Of a stretch of DNA of 64,000 nucleotides, positions 18,674 to 28,855 are shown one piece after another. The stretch covers positions 1 through 64,000 of the forward strand of contig CAVSDR010000002.1 of the NCBI GenBank assembly GCA_963726745.1, given 5' to 3'. A program made the position numbers and the translations under genes. Every line of letters starts with the position of its first letter. Within the stretch, counting starts at the first letter, position 1. This DNA comes from an uncultured Verrucomicrobiae bacterium (GTDB taxonomy: Bacteria > Verrucomicrobiota > Verrucomicrobiia > Chthoniobacterales > UBA10450). Below the pieces are notes generated by a model. It worked only from the letters and a program-made list of their open reading frames with translations, was not told the origin of the DNA and did not search any database.

Positions 18674-20710
18674 TTACTTGGCGCGGGCTTTTCGGACGCG
18701 GCGGACGACCCAGATAACGACCGCGAGCACGAGGACCCACGGCGCCACGAAGGCGAGCGCGACCCCGATCATGCGCAGGCTCCACATGAGCGCGCCGAAG
18801 CCTTGCATGAGCGTGCGCCGCACGGTCGCGAACAGGCCGCTTTCGTCGGAGACAATATCCGCCCGGCTGTAGATGCGGATCTGAATGTCGGCCGGCGCGG
18901 TCGCTTCGTCGATCGTCCCGCGGCGATCGTCACGATGCACGCTCACGTCTTTGACCTTCCCGAGACCGTCGAGTGAGCTCATGAGCGCGGGGTAATCTTT
19001 CATCGGCAAACGGAGCGCGACGTCGGCGTATTCCTCACCGTTCGGCTGGCGGTTGAAGGAGGAGTTGCGGATCTCGGCGCCGAATTTGCCGGCACTCTCT
19101 TTCAACTGCTGCACCCGCTGCGCGACCTCGCCAGTGAGGATGCGCAGGCTGGTCGTCTGCAACGCCGGCTCTTCTTCGTTGCGAGAGATGACCACGCTCA
19201 ACTCCACCTTGTCGCGCTCGACCTTGGCGCTCTCCGCCATCCCGCTGCCGCCTTGCGCGATCCGGTCGGTCTGCTCGTTATAATTTTGCACGCGGCCCAT
19301 CCCTTTGATCCGGGCGATGACCGCGTCCGCTTCGTCCGGCGCGATCAGGAGGACGAGGCGCGCGGTCGCTTCGCCGGCGCTGTCGCGATCGAGTGAGGAA
19401 GAAGAAATCTGCGCCTTGGCGCCATCGATCACGCCTTTGGCTTCCGCGAAAGTTTTCTCCACGTCGGTGGAGAAGAGCGCCAGCTGCGCGCGGCGTTTCA
19501 GGAGAAAGGCCGCCGGCAAATCCATGTTCTTTTCCGTGAGCGTGATCGTGACCGTGGCAAAGGCGACGAGCGCATCGAGATATTTCAATTCGCCCTGCAT
19601 TTGCTCGATCGAGGCGCGCACCCGGCCGAGTTCCTTCTCCACCTCGAGCAGGTCGGCGACTTTGCTCGTCTTGGTCTTAAGGATCTCGAGCAGGCGCTGC
19701 TCCATGGTGCGCGCATTCTGCATGCGGGAGTCGGTGTCGAGGTATTGCTTGGTCACGTCGTCGGTGCCGAGCGTCTGATTCTTCACTTCTCCGAGCTCGC
19801 GCAAGCGGCCGAGGAAGCCGTCGAGCGTTTCCGGTAAAACTTTGACAACAACTTCGCCGCGCAGTTTGCCGTTGGCCAACTTCTGCGAGCTGCTCGTGGC
19901 CACGTAGCCGCGACCTTCCGTGGCTAGCGCGGCGATGCGCTGCACCGCGTCGTCAAACTTCAGCACCTCGAGGTCGACGCGCGCGTTGCGGATGAGTTTG
20001 CGGCCGGCATCCGGCGCGATCACGCTCGCGGGTTCGTCGGGAGGCAGGCCGGCGTTGCTTGGTTTCTCTCCGTCCGCCGAATCTCGTGCGACGTTCTGCA
20101 CTCGTTGTTCCCGGGGAGCGATCGGGGACGGCGGAGCAGCCGCCTTCGCCGCGCGGCGCCCGTTCTCGGCGACATCCGCGGCCATGGCGGAGGCCAGCTC
20201 TTCCCGCTCCTGCTCCGGAATGTATGAACCAGTGACAATCACCCGCTCTTTCTGGCCCGCCGCGGCAGCGGGCTGAGGGCCAGCATACGTTTCCTCGGGA
20301 GACTTTTCCTCCGTTCCGGCGGTGCGATGAGACGGAAGCGGAGCAGGCTCGTGTGTAATTAGCCGCCCCATTTGCACAAGCGAGAGAAGCACCGCGGCCG
20401 CGGCCACGAACTGCGTCGCCCGCGACCGCCAAAGTACGGCCAAACCGCTGGCAAAGCTGGTCCGGACGGGGGCGACGTGGCGGAAACCGGAGACAACGCG
20501 CTGTTCGAAAGCGAGGTCGGGGCGGGCGGGATCGAGGGATTGCGTAATCATTTTATGGAGGGCGATTTCTTGTTGGTAAAGCGCGCGGCATTCGCCGCAG
20601 CCGGCGAGATGTTGCTCAAATTCGGCGCGTTCCTCCGCGCTCAGTTGGCCGTGCACGGCGGCGGCAAGCCAGTTATCAGGGTCGTGATGAATTTCCGTGG
20701 AATGGGACAT
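18674..20710 (-). CDS. Putative anti-sigma factor: zf-HC2 + TM + DUF4349-like domains + C-terminal TM
   Basis: EQHLAGCGECR (HxxxCxxC); RKLIRNA...DVTKQYLD...ADLLEVEKELGRVR; directly downstream of an ECF gene. Confidence 0.8.
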   Translation of the reverse strand: MSHSTEIHHDPDNWLAAAVHGQLSAEERAEFEQHLAGCGECRALYQQEIALHKMITQSLDPARPDLAFEQRVVSGFRHVAPVRTSFASGLAVLWRSRATQFVAAAAVLLSLVQMGRLITHEPAPLPSHRTAGTEEKSPEETYAGPQPAAAAGQKERVIVTGSYIPEQEREELASAMAADVAENGRRAAKAAAPPSPIAPREQRVQNVARDSADGEKPSNAGLPPDEPASVIAPDAGRKLIRNARVDLEVLKFDDAVQRIAALATEGRGYVATSSSQKLANGKLRGEVVVKVLPETLDGFLGRLRELGEVKNQTLGTDDVTKQYLDTDSRMQNARTMEQRLLEILKTKTSKVADLLEVEKELGRVRASIEQMQGELKYLDALVAFATVTITLTEKNMDLPAAFLLKRRAQLALFSTDVEKTFAEAKGVIDGAKAQISSSSLDRDSAGEATARLVLLIAPDEADAVIARIKGMGRVQNYNEQTDRIAQGGSGMAESAKVERDKVELSVVISRNEEEPALQTTSLRILTGEVAQRVQQLKESAGKFGAEIRNSSFNRQPNGEEYADVALRLPMKDYPALMSSLDGLGKVKDVSVHRDDRRGTIDEATAPADIQIRIYSRADIVSDESGLFATVRRTLMQGFGALMWSLRMIGVALAFVAPWVLVLAVVIWVVRRVRKARAK

Positions 20711-20714
20711 GTCG

Positions 20715-21251
20715 TTAGTCCTGGGCAGCGGCGAGCGCCGGCTGGAGGCGCTGGCGCATGGTTTGAAGGGCGCGGCCGAGGATGCCGCGCAGGGCGCCGT
20801 TCGTTAGGCCGAGCGTTTGCTCAATTGTGGCGTAGTCGAGGGAATCGAAATAACGCAGGGTCAAAGCCACGCGATGCGCCTCCGGCAATTCCGCGAGCGC
20901 CGCATGGACCTCGCGGCTGACATCGCTCTCGCCAGCGTCGCTTTCGTCCAAAGTGTCGGCTAATTCTTCGCCCAACGGCACGGTGCGCCGGCGACGGAGG
21001 AGATCGCGGGCGCGGTTGCGCGCGATCGTGGCCAGCCAGGCCGGGACTTTCTCGGGATCGCGCACCCGCCAGCGCGCGCTCCAGGCCTTGAGGAAGGAAT
21101 CCTGAACGACATCCTCGGCCTCGGCGCGATCCTGCAGGACGCCGTAGGCGATCGCGAAGAGCGCGCGGCTTTGCCCGCGAATCACGAGCTCGAAAGCATC
21201 GCGGTCGCCAGTGAGCGCAGCCCGGTAAATTTCGCGATCGGTTCGGTCCAT
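20715..21251 (-). CDS. ECF RNA polymerase sigma factor
   Basis: AEDVVQDSFLKAW, WLATIARNRARD, region 4 LPEAHRVALTLRYF. Confidence 0.9.
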   Translation of the reverse strand: MDRTDREIYRAALTGDRDAFELVIRGQSRALFAIAYGVLQDRAEAEDVVQDSFLKAWSARWRVRDPEKVPAWLATIARNRARDLLRRRRTVPLGEELADTLDESDAGESDVSREVHAALAELPEAHRVALTLRYFDSLDYATIEQTLGLTNGALRGILGRALQTMRQRLQPALAAAQD

Positions 21252-21324
21252 GCGTCGTCCTTCACCAGCCTAGACGCACGACCGCGCGAATCCGCGCGAA
21301 AAAAGTTTTCCGGGAAGTTGCCGG

Positions 21325-22413
21325 CTAAAAAATCTCCACCGTGGCCCCTTTGCTCACGAGGTCCTTGATCCGGGCGGCGTCCCAATTGGCCGTCCGGATG
21401 CAGCCGTGGCTGGCGGCGCGGCCGATGGTCTCGGGATTGTTCGTCCCGTGAATGCCGACATGCGGTTTGTTCAGGCCCATCCAGAGCACGCCGACCGGAT
21501 TGTTCGGGCCAGCGGGGAGATTGTAGAAATTGTCCGTGCGCACGCCGCTGTTGAGCACGCCTTCGTCGTGGCGGAACCACGGGAGGGTGGCGATGCCGAG
21601 AATCTTCCAGGTGCCAATGGGCGCGGGCAGGGTGGTGGAGCCGGGGGTGATGGGGAACTCGGCCACGATTTGGTCGTTCTCGTCGTGCACTTCCAGGAAG
21701 CGCTCCACGGTATCGACCACGAGCTTGCGGCTGGCGAGAGCGGGGTTCTCGGGCATGAAGCCTTCCTTCAGCTCTTCGATCTTGAAGGGGTTCACGTTCG
21801 GCACGCGCACGGTGTCGCCCGGCTTCAGCGCGTCGAGGTTCATCCCGGGGTTGAGTTTGCGCACGAAAGTTTCCGCGGCGTGAAAGCGCTCGCAAACCAG
21901 CTCGAGCAGTGAGCCATACTTCAAGGCCTTGAACTTCGCCTGCTCCGACGGCTTGCCCGAGGTTGGCCCGACGAAGTTCTCCGCTTCCGGCGGGATCGTC
22001 CAAGTGGTGTAGGCCTGCGGGACTTCCGCGAGGAGCTGGGCATCGACGCCGCCGGTCGGCGGCATTCCATGCGAGCGCTTGTACGAGAGGAGCGCCTTGC
22101 GGAAAAATTCGCCCATCTGGCCGTCTATTTTCCCGGGGCCGAAGTTGTGGTTATCGAGGAAAATCTGCAGCCGCGTGCTCGTTTCCTCGTCGTAATTTGG
22201 CAGCGCGACCAACGGCGTAGGCGCGGGCCGCGGGCGCGGCGGGACGACTGGCTTGGCCTTTGGCTTCGGCGCGACCACCTGCGGAGCGGGGGCCGGCGTG
22301 GGCGTGGGTCGGCGGAAAAGCGGGAACAAGCCGCGCGGTTTTGGCGTGGGCGAGGGGGCTGCGGAGGCGGCGGTCGCGACCAGCGCCAGGAGCAGCGGGA
22401 GCAGGATCTTCAT
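21325..22413 (-). CDS. L,D-transpeptidase (YkuD) with PG-binding/LysM-like region
   Basis: Signal peptide; GPNNPVG; GIHGT...SHGCIR. Confidence 0.88.
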   Translation of the reverse strand: MKILLPLLLALVATAASAAPSPTPKPRGLFPLFRRPTPTPAPAPQVVAPKPKAKPVVPPRPRPAPTPLVALPNYDEETSTRLQIFLDNHNFGPGKIDGQMGEFFRKALLSYKRSHGMPPTGGVDAQLLAEVPQAYTTWTIPPEAENFVGPTSGKPSEQAKFKALKYGSLLELVCERFHAAETFVRKLNPGMNLDALKPGDTVRVPNVNPFKIEELKEGFMPENPALASRKLVVDTVERFLEVHDENDQIVAEFPITPGSTTLPAPIGTWKILGIATLPWFRHDEGVLNSGVRTDNFYNLPAGPNNPVGVLWMGLNKPHVGIHGTNNPETIGRAASHGCIRTANWDAARIKDLVSKGATVEIF

Positions 22414-22465
22414 GAGCCGAGAGTAATCGGCGAGATCGCGCCGCGGCGCAATGCAGCCGCGTGGT

Positions 22466-23512
22466 CTAACGAGCCGCGCCCGCGGGGAACATGACCTTCT
22501 CCGGGGCGGCGTTCAGGGCCGCGAGCAGCTGGACCATCAAGCGGGTCTTGACTGCACCCGCCTCGCGCGGGGCCACCAGGTAGCGCACGATCGCGTTCAG
22601 CCAGGTGGCTTCATCCGCGCGGAAGATAACCCGCGGATGCGCCCGGACCTCGAGCTCGTCGACCGGCGTCTTCGCCAGCACCTGGCGATAGACTTCGATG
22701 CGCTCGCGCATCGCCAGGCCGATCTCGGCCTCCACCACGCGCTGCATCGTCTCGGCGATGAAAGCGAGATCGCTTTGGTAAGCGACCTGCAGTTTGATCT
22801 CATTCCAGATGTAGGGAAAAAGCGGCCAGGAATAATTAAAGACCACGCTGTCGAGCACCTTGGAGTTGGGGAACTTGATCACGCGGCCGCTCGGGTGATC
22901 GGAGGAAAGATATTTGCCGCCAAATTCCCAGAGGGTGGTGTCGAGATAACTGATGTCGATCACATCGCCGGTGGCCTCGCCGATCTGGATCCGGTCGCCC
23001 ACGCGATACGGCCGGCGCACCAGCAGATAAATCCAGCCGATGAAACTCGTCATGGGTGTCTGCACCGAGAGGCCGACGATCACGGAGACCACGCCTAACG
23101 AGATCAGCGCCGTGTACCAATTGACGAAGAGGACCGAGACGGCCACCAGGAGGACGAGGACCGTGAGCACAAGTCGCTGGATGCGCCGGAGGGTGAAACG
23201 CGTGGCCGCATCCGCGACGCGCCCGATCCCGTAAACGCTGAGCGCCTTGGCCAGCGCGAGCAGGAGCACGACCATGGCCGTGCCGCGCAAGACCCGGCGG
23301 AGGAGGTCGAGGCTGCTTTTAGGCAGCGGGATCACGCCGGCGTTGATCAGGAGATAAAGCGCCGCGCAGCCCAGGAGAATGAGCGCGTGGGTGACAAACC
23401 AAAACTTGTCCGCGGCCTGCGCCTTAACCGGCGTCTTCGCGCCCGCGCCGGTTTGGTCGAGGGCCTCGCGCACCTCTGGGCGCTGCTCCACTTCCTGCAC
23501 GCTCTCGGCCAT
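22466..23512 (-). CDS. MscS-family mechanosensitive channel
   Basis: TM segments; RPYRVGDRIQIG...GDVIDI...FPNS. Confidence 0.85.
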   Translation of the reverse strand: MAESVQEVEQRPEVREALDQTGAGAKTPVKAQAADKFWFVTHALILLGCAALYLLINAGVIPLPKSSLDLLRRVLRGTAMVVLLLALAKALSVYGIGRVADAATRFTLRRIQRLVLTVLVLLVAVSVLFVNWYTALISLGVVSVIVGLSVQTPMTSFIGWIYLLVRRPYRVGDRIQIGEATGDVIDISYLDTTLWEFGGKYLSSDHPSGRVIKFPNSKVLDSVVFNYSWPLFPYIWNEIKLQVAYQSDLAFIAETMQRVVEAEIGLAMRERIEVYRQVLAKTPVDELEVRAHPRVIFRADEATWLNAIVRYLVAPREAGAVKTRLMVQLLAALNAAPEKVMFPAGAAR

Positions 23513-23551
23513 CGCAAAAGATTCGCAGGCGAGGGCGCTTCTGCGTGTCGG

Positions 23552-24547
23552 CTAACGAGCGAACTCGAAGACGATCTTGCCGTCGCGCCGGCTTTGCATC
23601 GCATGTGCAATCGCCGCGGGCGCCTCCCCTAACGAGTACGTCTGCTCGACCTTGCTCCGGAGCAGGCCGCTGATCGCCATCTCGAAGAGCGGCGCGAAGG
23701 TGGCCGCGCGCTCGGCCGCGGTCGCGTGGTCATACCATTTGTTCACCCAAAAGCCGGTGAAGCGGAGATTTTTGAAAATCAGCATCCCGTTCGGGATCGT
23801 CAGCGGCTCCAGGCTCATCGCGCCGTAGGTCACGACCACGCCCTCGGGCGCGAGCGTTTTGCTGATCCGGAGCGCGCTCTCGCCGCCGACCGCGTTCAGC
23901 GCCAGGCGAATCTCCGCACCTTGCGTTTGCTCGGCCACGGCCTCGCGCAGGTTGTCGTCGTCCAGCAGGACGACGTCGCCGCCTTCGGCGCGCAACTCTT
24001 CGATTAATTCCGGGCGCCGGACGACGTTCACGCTCCGGTAGCCGAGCGAACGCGCAATCTGAATGGCCGCGCGGCCGGCCGCGGAATTGGCGGCATTTTG
24101 AATGAACCAGCCGCCGCGGCCTAACGAGACAAAGTCGTGCAGCATCCGGTAGGCGGTGATCGGGTTAACTTTCAACATCGCCGCCTGCACCGGGTCAATC
24201 GCCGGGGGCACGACCACGAGCTGGCTCGCCGGGACCGCGCAGACTTCCCGCCAGGTGCCGAAATTATGCGGCAGGATCACGAGATCGCCGACCGCGATCC
24301 CTTTGACTTCGGCGCCGATCTCTACGACCACGCCCGCGCCCTCCATCCCGGGAACAGCCGGCAACTTCGGCCGCACCGGATATTTTCCCTCGATTGCGTT
24401 CACATCCGCGGGATTGAGCGGCGCGGCGCGCATCTCCACCAGCGCTTCATCGGCCAGCGGTTGCGGGCGAGGCTGCTCGACCACGCGCAAAACTTCCGTG
24501 GGATTTCCGTGCTTTTCGTAGACTGCGGCGCGAATAGTTTGGCTCAT
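23552..24547 (-). CDS. MDR-family NADPH oxidoreductase (2-enoyl thioester reductase-like)
   Basis: PLNPAD, PGMEGAGVV, NPITAY, QNAANSAAG, TYGAMS. Confidence 0.85.
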   Translation of the reverse strand: MSQTIRAAVYEKHGNPTEVLRVVEQPRPQPLADEALVEMRAAPLNPADVNAIEGKYPVRPKLPAVPGMEGAGVVVEIGAEVKGIAVGDLVILPHNFGTWREVCAVPASQLVVVPPAIDPVQAAMLKVNPITAYRMLHDFVSLGRGGWFIQNAANSAAGRAAIQIARSLGYRSVNVVRRPELIEELRAEGGDVVLLDDDNLREAVAEQTQGAEIRLALNAVGGESALRISKTLAPEGVVVTYGAMSLEPLTIPNGMLIFKNLRFTGFWVNKWYDHATAAERAATFAPLFEMAISGLLRSKVEQTYSLGEAPAAIAHAMQSRRDGKIVFEFAR

Positions 24548-24549
24548 CG

Positions 24550-25503
24550 ATGTCCTCTGCGCCGCAGCCTACAACGAAGAATCCGGCCAGCAATTTGCAA
24601 ACCGGCGCGCGGGTCGCGCTGCTCGGCATGGTGGTGAACACGCTGCTCGCGGTCGCGAAGATCCTGGCCGGCGTGCTTGGCAATTCCTACGCCTTGATCG
24701 CCGACGGGATTGAGTCCGCGCTCGACATCGGCGGCTCGGCGGTCATCTGGGGCGGGCTGCGTTTCGCCGCGCGGCCGCCGGATGCGACTCATCCCTACGG
24801 GCATGGCAAGGCCGAGCCGGTGGCGGCGGCGATCGTCTCGGTAGGCGTGGTTTTCGCGGCGATCGTGCTCGCGGCGCACAGCGTGCAGGAGTTGTTCGTC
24901 CCGCACCGGGCGCCGGCGCCATTCACCCTCGCGGTGGTGATCACCGTGGTGATCGTGAAGGAACTGCTTTTCCGCTCAGTCATCCGTCTTGGGCGCGAAG
25001 CCGAGAGCACCGCGATCAAGACGGATGCCTGGCACCATCGCTTTGATGCGATCACGTCGATCGCGGCCTTCATCGGCATCAGCCTCGCGCTCCTCGGCGG
25101 GCCCGGCTGGGAACGGGCGGATAACCTGGCGGCGCTTTTTGCCTGCGTGCTCATTGCCTTCAACGGCGCCCGGCTGCTCTATCCGGCGCTGCACGAAATC
25201 ATGGACACCGCCCCGCAGGGCGACCTGCCGCAGACGGTCTGCGCGGCGGCGACCGATGTGTCCGGCGTGGTCGAGGTGGAGAAATGTTTTGTGCGGAAGA
25301 TGGGCCTGCAATTCTACGTGGACCTCCACGTGCGGGTGGATGGCGAGATCAGCGTGCGCCACGGGCACGACATCGCGCACGAGGTGAAAGCGGCTATCCG
25401 CGCGGTCGATCCGCGGATTGCCGACGTCCTGGTGCACGTAGAGCCGGCGCGAACGAACGCGTTCTCACAGGCCCGCGAGCAGCCGGTCGAGACCGTTCGT
25501 TAG
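24550..25503 (+). CDS. Cation diffusion facilitator (FieF-like)
   Basis: ALIADGIES, HPYGHGKAE, DAWHHRFD, VLVHVEP. Confidence 0.9.
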   Translation: MSSAPQPTTKNPASNLQTGARVALLGMVVNTLLAVAKILAGVLGNSYALIADGIESALDIGGSAVIWGGLRFAARPPDATHPYGHGKAEPVAAAIVSVGVVFAAIVLAAHSVQELFVPHRAPAPFTLAVVITVVIVKELLFRSVIRLGREAESTAIKTDAWHHRFDAITSIAAFIGISLALLGGPGWERADNLAALFACVLIAFNGARLLYPALHEIMDTAPQGDLPQTVCAAATDVSGVVEVEKCFVRKMGLQFYVDLHVRVDGEISVRHGHDIAHEVKAAIRAVDPRIADVLVHVEPARTNAFSQAREQPVETVR

Positions 25504-26094
25504 GCTTATGCGCGCCGCGGCGATTTCTTGCGCGAAGGCGAGCAGGCGCGGGATCGCGGCCGGGTGCGTAGCCAGGTAAAAGGCGAGCCGCAGGGCCGGC
25601 GTGCGCTGGCGCTCGAGATCGAAAAGCACGTGCGGCGGTGCGGGGAGCGGATGCGCTGGCGTGTCGGTGATCACCCGCAGCGAGAGCAGCGGGACGCCCG
25701 CGCGGGCGCATTCCGCGGCGAGCGCTTCCGTTTCCATGTCGACCGCGCGCGCGCCGGTCTTTGCTGCCAACGCCGAACGTGCAGCGGCGGAATCGGTCAC
25801 CGCCAAAGTGCTGGCTAATTTTCCCACTTGCGCCTCCGGCAAGAGAGCGCGCGCGGCCGCGGGGTCGAAGTTGTCGGCTAAAAAGAGCTCGCCGACCTGC
25901 AGGCTGGGATCAAGCGCGCCGACAAAGCCCGCGCTCAGCAAGAGGCGCGGCTTCGGATTTTCCGCGAGGAAGGCGCGCATGCGGGCGCTCGCGATTTGCG
26001 GCCCGACCCCGGTATGAAGCACCGGGACGTCGCGCCCGTGCCGGCGCAGGAACTCGGAGCTTTCCGCGGGAAGCGCGAAAGCCACCGCGATCAT
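25465..26094 (-). CDS. Nucleoside phosphorylase-like protein (PNP_UDP_1 fold)
   Basis: HTGVG, SAGFVGAL, AVDMETEA, LRVITD. Confidence 0.75.
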   Translation of the reverse strand: MIAVAFALPAESSEFLRRHGRDVPVLHTGVGPQIASARMRAFLAENPKPRLLLSAGFVGALDPSLQVGELFLADNFDPAAARALLPEAQVGKLASTLAVTDSAAARSALAAKTGARAVDMETEALAAECARAGVPLLSLRVITDTPAHPLPAPPHVLFDLERQRTPALRLAFYLATHPAAIPRLLAFAQEIAAARISLTNGLDRLLAGL

Positions 26095-26759
26095 CGCGCG
26101 CTCTCGGCGATCCGCACCTGCACGATCGTGCGCTCGTTAGGCCGCACGTTTTCCGCCACCGGCACGGGGGAAGCGGCGGGGAGCAATTGCTGGCGAAAGG
26201 CCGCGCGCTGCGCGCTCGGGATGTCGACCATGACCGTGAGACCGGCCTCTTCCGGCAACCCCCGGGCTGCGGTCCCGCCGGCCTGTTGGGCCGCCGCCTC
26301 CACGCGCGCGGCCACGGCGTCCCACTCGGCCCGCGGGGCTACCAGCGGGATGACCGCATCCTCGACAAAAGTCGGCAACGGAAGCGCGTTCTTCCCGGCG
26401 GCGCCGAGCGACTCCGCGAGCTGCCGGCGCATAGCGGTTTCGCTCGGATCGGTTGCGGGCACTTTCGGGCGGCTTTGTTTCCAGCCGATCACCGCGATGC
26501 CCGCGGCGACATTCAGGACCACGAGGGCAAAGGCCGCGGTGAGGATCTGCCGGCCCAGGCGGCTGGCTTTGGGCTTGGGCAGCATTTCCTCCTCGAGCAG
26601 GACCTCGTGCTGTGTGCCGCCGCCGCTGCGATGGATCTGCCGCGCGATCTCAAATTCCCGCCGCAACTGCGGGTCGCTCATGAGCTTTTCCTCGAGCGCG
26701 CTGCGATCCGCTGGCGAGAGCCGGCCTTCGAGGTAATCGAACAGTTTGTCAGGATTCAT
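26091..26759 (-). CDS. Hypothetical single-TM protein with anti-sigma-like N-terminus
   Basis: LFDYLEGRLSPADRSALEEKL followed by one TM; coupled to the next gene. Confidence 0.6.
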   Translation of the reverse strand: MNPDKLFDYLEGRLSPADRSALEEKLMSDPQLRREFEIARQIHRSGGGTQHEVLLEEEMLPKPKASRLGRQILTAAFALVVLNVAAGIAVIGWKQSRPKVPATDPSETAMRRQLAESLGAAGKNALPLPTFVEDAVIPLVAPRAEWDAVAARVEAAAQQAGGTAARGLPEEAGLTVMVDIPSAQRAAFRQQLLPAASPVPVAENVRPNERTIVQVRIAESAR

Positions 26760-26779
26760 GATCGGGCAAAAAAAGAGCG

Positions 26780-26853
26780 CGCGCCCAGCAGGACTCGAAC
26801 CTGCGACCGACGGATTAGAAATCCGTTGCTCTATCCGGCTGAGCTATGGGCGC
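26780..26853 (-). tRNA. tRNA-Arg (anticodon UCU)
   Basis: Reverse complement GCGCCCATAGCTCAGCCGGATAGAGCAACGGATTTCTAATCCGTCGGTCGCAGGTTCGAGTCCTGCTGGGCGCG folds as a cloverleaf; CCA not encoded. Confidence 0.95.
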
Positions 26854-26900
26854 TCCGGCGTGCCCAAGATGCTTTCGCCCGCGGCGGAGCGCAAGATGCC

Positions 26901-27203
26901 TCAGGCCGGAACCAGCTCGGGCATGCCTAACGAGATTTCCTCCTCGACCGCTTCCTCGGTGGTCGTGAGCGGGGCGAAGCGATCGGCCCGGAAACCGCGC
27001 TCGATCCCGTGCGCGTTATCCGGCCCGCGGATCTCGATCAAATAGACCGCAATCTCACCTTCCTCGCCGGTCAGGCCGACGCCGGGAACGATGTCGCGGA
27101 TGGTGTAGGTGGAGCCTTCCTTTGGCAGCTCCGCGTAAAGTTGCTCGATCCCAAGCGGGAACTTTCCATCCACGCAGACGACCTTTTGGTTCGGCAAAAA
27201 CAT
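26901..27203 (-). CDS. Hypothetical protein (100 aa)
   Basis: QKVVCVD...YTIRDI...FRADRFAP; plausible codon usage. Confidence 0.6.
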   Translation of the reverse strand: MFLPNQKVVCVDGKFPLGIEQLYAELPKEGSTYTIRDIVPGVGLTGEEGEIAVYLIEIRGPDNAHGIERGFRADRFAPLTTTEEAVEEEISLGMPELVPA

Positions 27204-27314
27204 GCGCTTTCACGATAGCACATGGAGCCGGGGCGCAACTGCCGGCGGAGAAACTCGCGGGCGCGCATTGCCGCAGGGCGCGCTTTCGGTAACGTGTCGC
27301 TCGTTATACCGCGC

Positions 27315-27830
27315 ATGAAGAGCATCAACTACGCTTGGCACCAACGTTTCCGGGAACTTTACGACAAGGCGCTGGTTAAGTACCGCAACGAGCACCGCAA
27401 CATCGAGGCCTTCTTCACTCCGCGTGAGGCCGGCGTGCTCCGTTCCTTTGGCGCGAAGCCGATGGAGCTCTTCGATTACGCGGAAGATTCCAGCGATCTC
27501 GATCCCGAGACCGCGCTCCTGATCACCGCCGCGCGGCGCGATTATTTCGTGGTCGTGCAGAACGGCGAGTGGAGCGAGAAGACGATCAAGGTCGAGGCTC
27601 TCCCCGCGAAAGAGGATCAACTCGGCGGCATCGCCTGGCTCCCGCGGGTGATCGAGAAAGCCAAGGGACGACTCCGGGGCGAACTGCCTAACGAGTTGAT
27701 GTATTGCTGCGGCGGCGACCGGCGTTTCTTCCGGCAGCACGACATCCATCCGGCGGATTTCCTGCGCTTCGTCTGGTCGGCCAAGGGCAATTCCGACAAG
27801 ATTTTGGCCTACGTCAAAGGCCAGCGGTAG
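27315..27830 (+). CDS. DUF5069-like protein
   Basis: LGGIAWLPRVIEKAK...YCCGGDRRFF; ATG at 27315. Confidence 0.7.
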   Translation: MKSINYAWHQRFRELYDKALVKYRNEHRNIEAFFTPREAGVLRSFGAKPMELFDYAEDSSDLDPETALLITAARRDYFVVVQNGEWSEKTIKVEALPAKEDQLGGIAWLPRVIEKAKGRLRGELPNELMYCCGGDRRFFRQHDIHPADFLRFVWSAKGNSDKILAYVKGQR

Positions 27831-27910
27831 CCGCCTCGCGGTGGGGTTTACAAAACCCGCTGTTGGGGCGCGAACTGCGCGGATGGATTTCCGTAGGGTG
27901 AGGAAATCCC

Positions 27911-28318
27911 ATGAAATCGACGGCCCGGCTTCTTCTCTTCGTCCTTCTCGGCATGTTCCGCTCTGCGGCTTCCGCGGAGGTGCTGCCCTTCATGCGGCCG
28001 GCCTTGATTGGCCTCGGTCGCTCGTGAACCTGATCGACACGCAGGGGTTGGTGAAGCATGGGCAAGGGAGGGGCGCTTCAATCATGCGCGCACGAAGGCG
28101 TGGCCATGCTCCGGCTGGGGGTCAATGCGGACGGCAAGGTGACCTCGTCCAAGATTGCCTATGAACATCCGGCGGGCTTGAAGTTCGGCGGCGCTGTCCT
28201 CGGGCCGATCCGCGATGCGGATTTCATCCCAGCCTATCGACACGGACAACCGAGCGCGTGCCAGTTTGATTTCACGCTGATCTTCAATGGACCCGGGGTC
28301 CAGATGAAGACGGGCTAG
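27911..28318 (+). pseudogene. Exported TonB-C-like protein, frameshifted or degraded
   Basis: Signal peptide from ATG 27911; pieces in different frames; C-terminal VNADGKV...FIPAYRHGQP. Confidence 0.45.
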
Positions 28319-28797
28319 GCCTCGTCGTCGGCCCGCTCGAGATCGAGCATGGTCCCGCGACAGTTCTCGCTGCCGCAGCGGCAGGCGAAATCTTTCTCGA
28401 GCTTCTTCGTCCGCTTCTCCGCCGGGATGATTTTGTAATCGTAGAAGAGCTCTTCGCCCGGGCGGATGGTGCGGAGGGCGTAAACAAAGATGCGGTCGTC
28501 TTCCTCGGTCGTCTCGCAATTCGGAGCGCACGAGTGATTGATCCAGCGGGCGTCGTTTCCGCCGTCGCCGGCGTCGATCACGTCGCCATTATCGAGCGAG
28601 AAGAAGAAAGTGTGGTGCGGATCGTCCGGGTTGTGTGCCGGCAGGTCCATCGCCTCTTTCCACGGTTTGTGCTTGCCGGTGTATTCGATGATCCGCGTGC
28701 CCTTGCGGATCATCTCGGTGGCGTAGACGCCGCGGCCGTGCACGCCTGATTTCCGCACCGCCAGCCGTTCGATGCGGCGGCGTGCGCTTGCTTCCAT
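28315..28797 (-). CDS. SET-domain protein-lysine methyltransferase
   Basis: SGVHGRGVYA, ARWINHSCAPNC, GEELFYDY, post-SET CRCGSENCRG. Confidence 0.92.
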   Translation of the reverse strand: MEASARRRIERLAVRKSGVHGRGVYATEMIRKGTRIIEYTGKHKPWKEAMDLPAHNPDDPHHTFFFSLDNGDVIDAGDGGNDARWINHSCAPNCETTEEDDRIFVYALRTIRPGEELFYDYKIIPAEKRTKKLEKDFACRCGSENCRGTMLDLERADDEA

Positions 28798-28855
28798 TGG
28801 TTCCGGCCTTCCCTTCGCTGTGCCGCATCCCGGCGAGAATTACGCATGCCCACCG

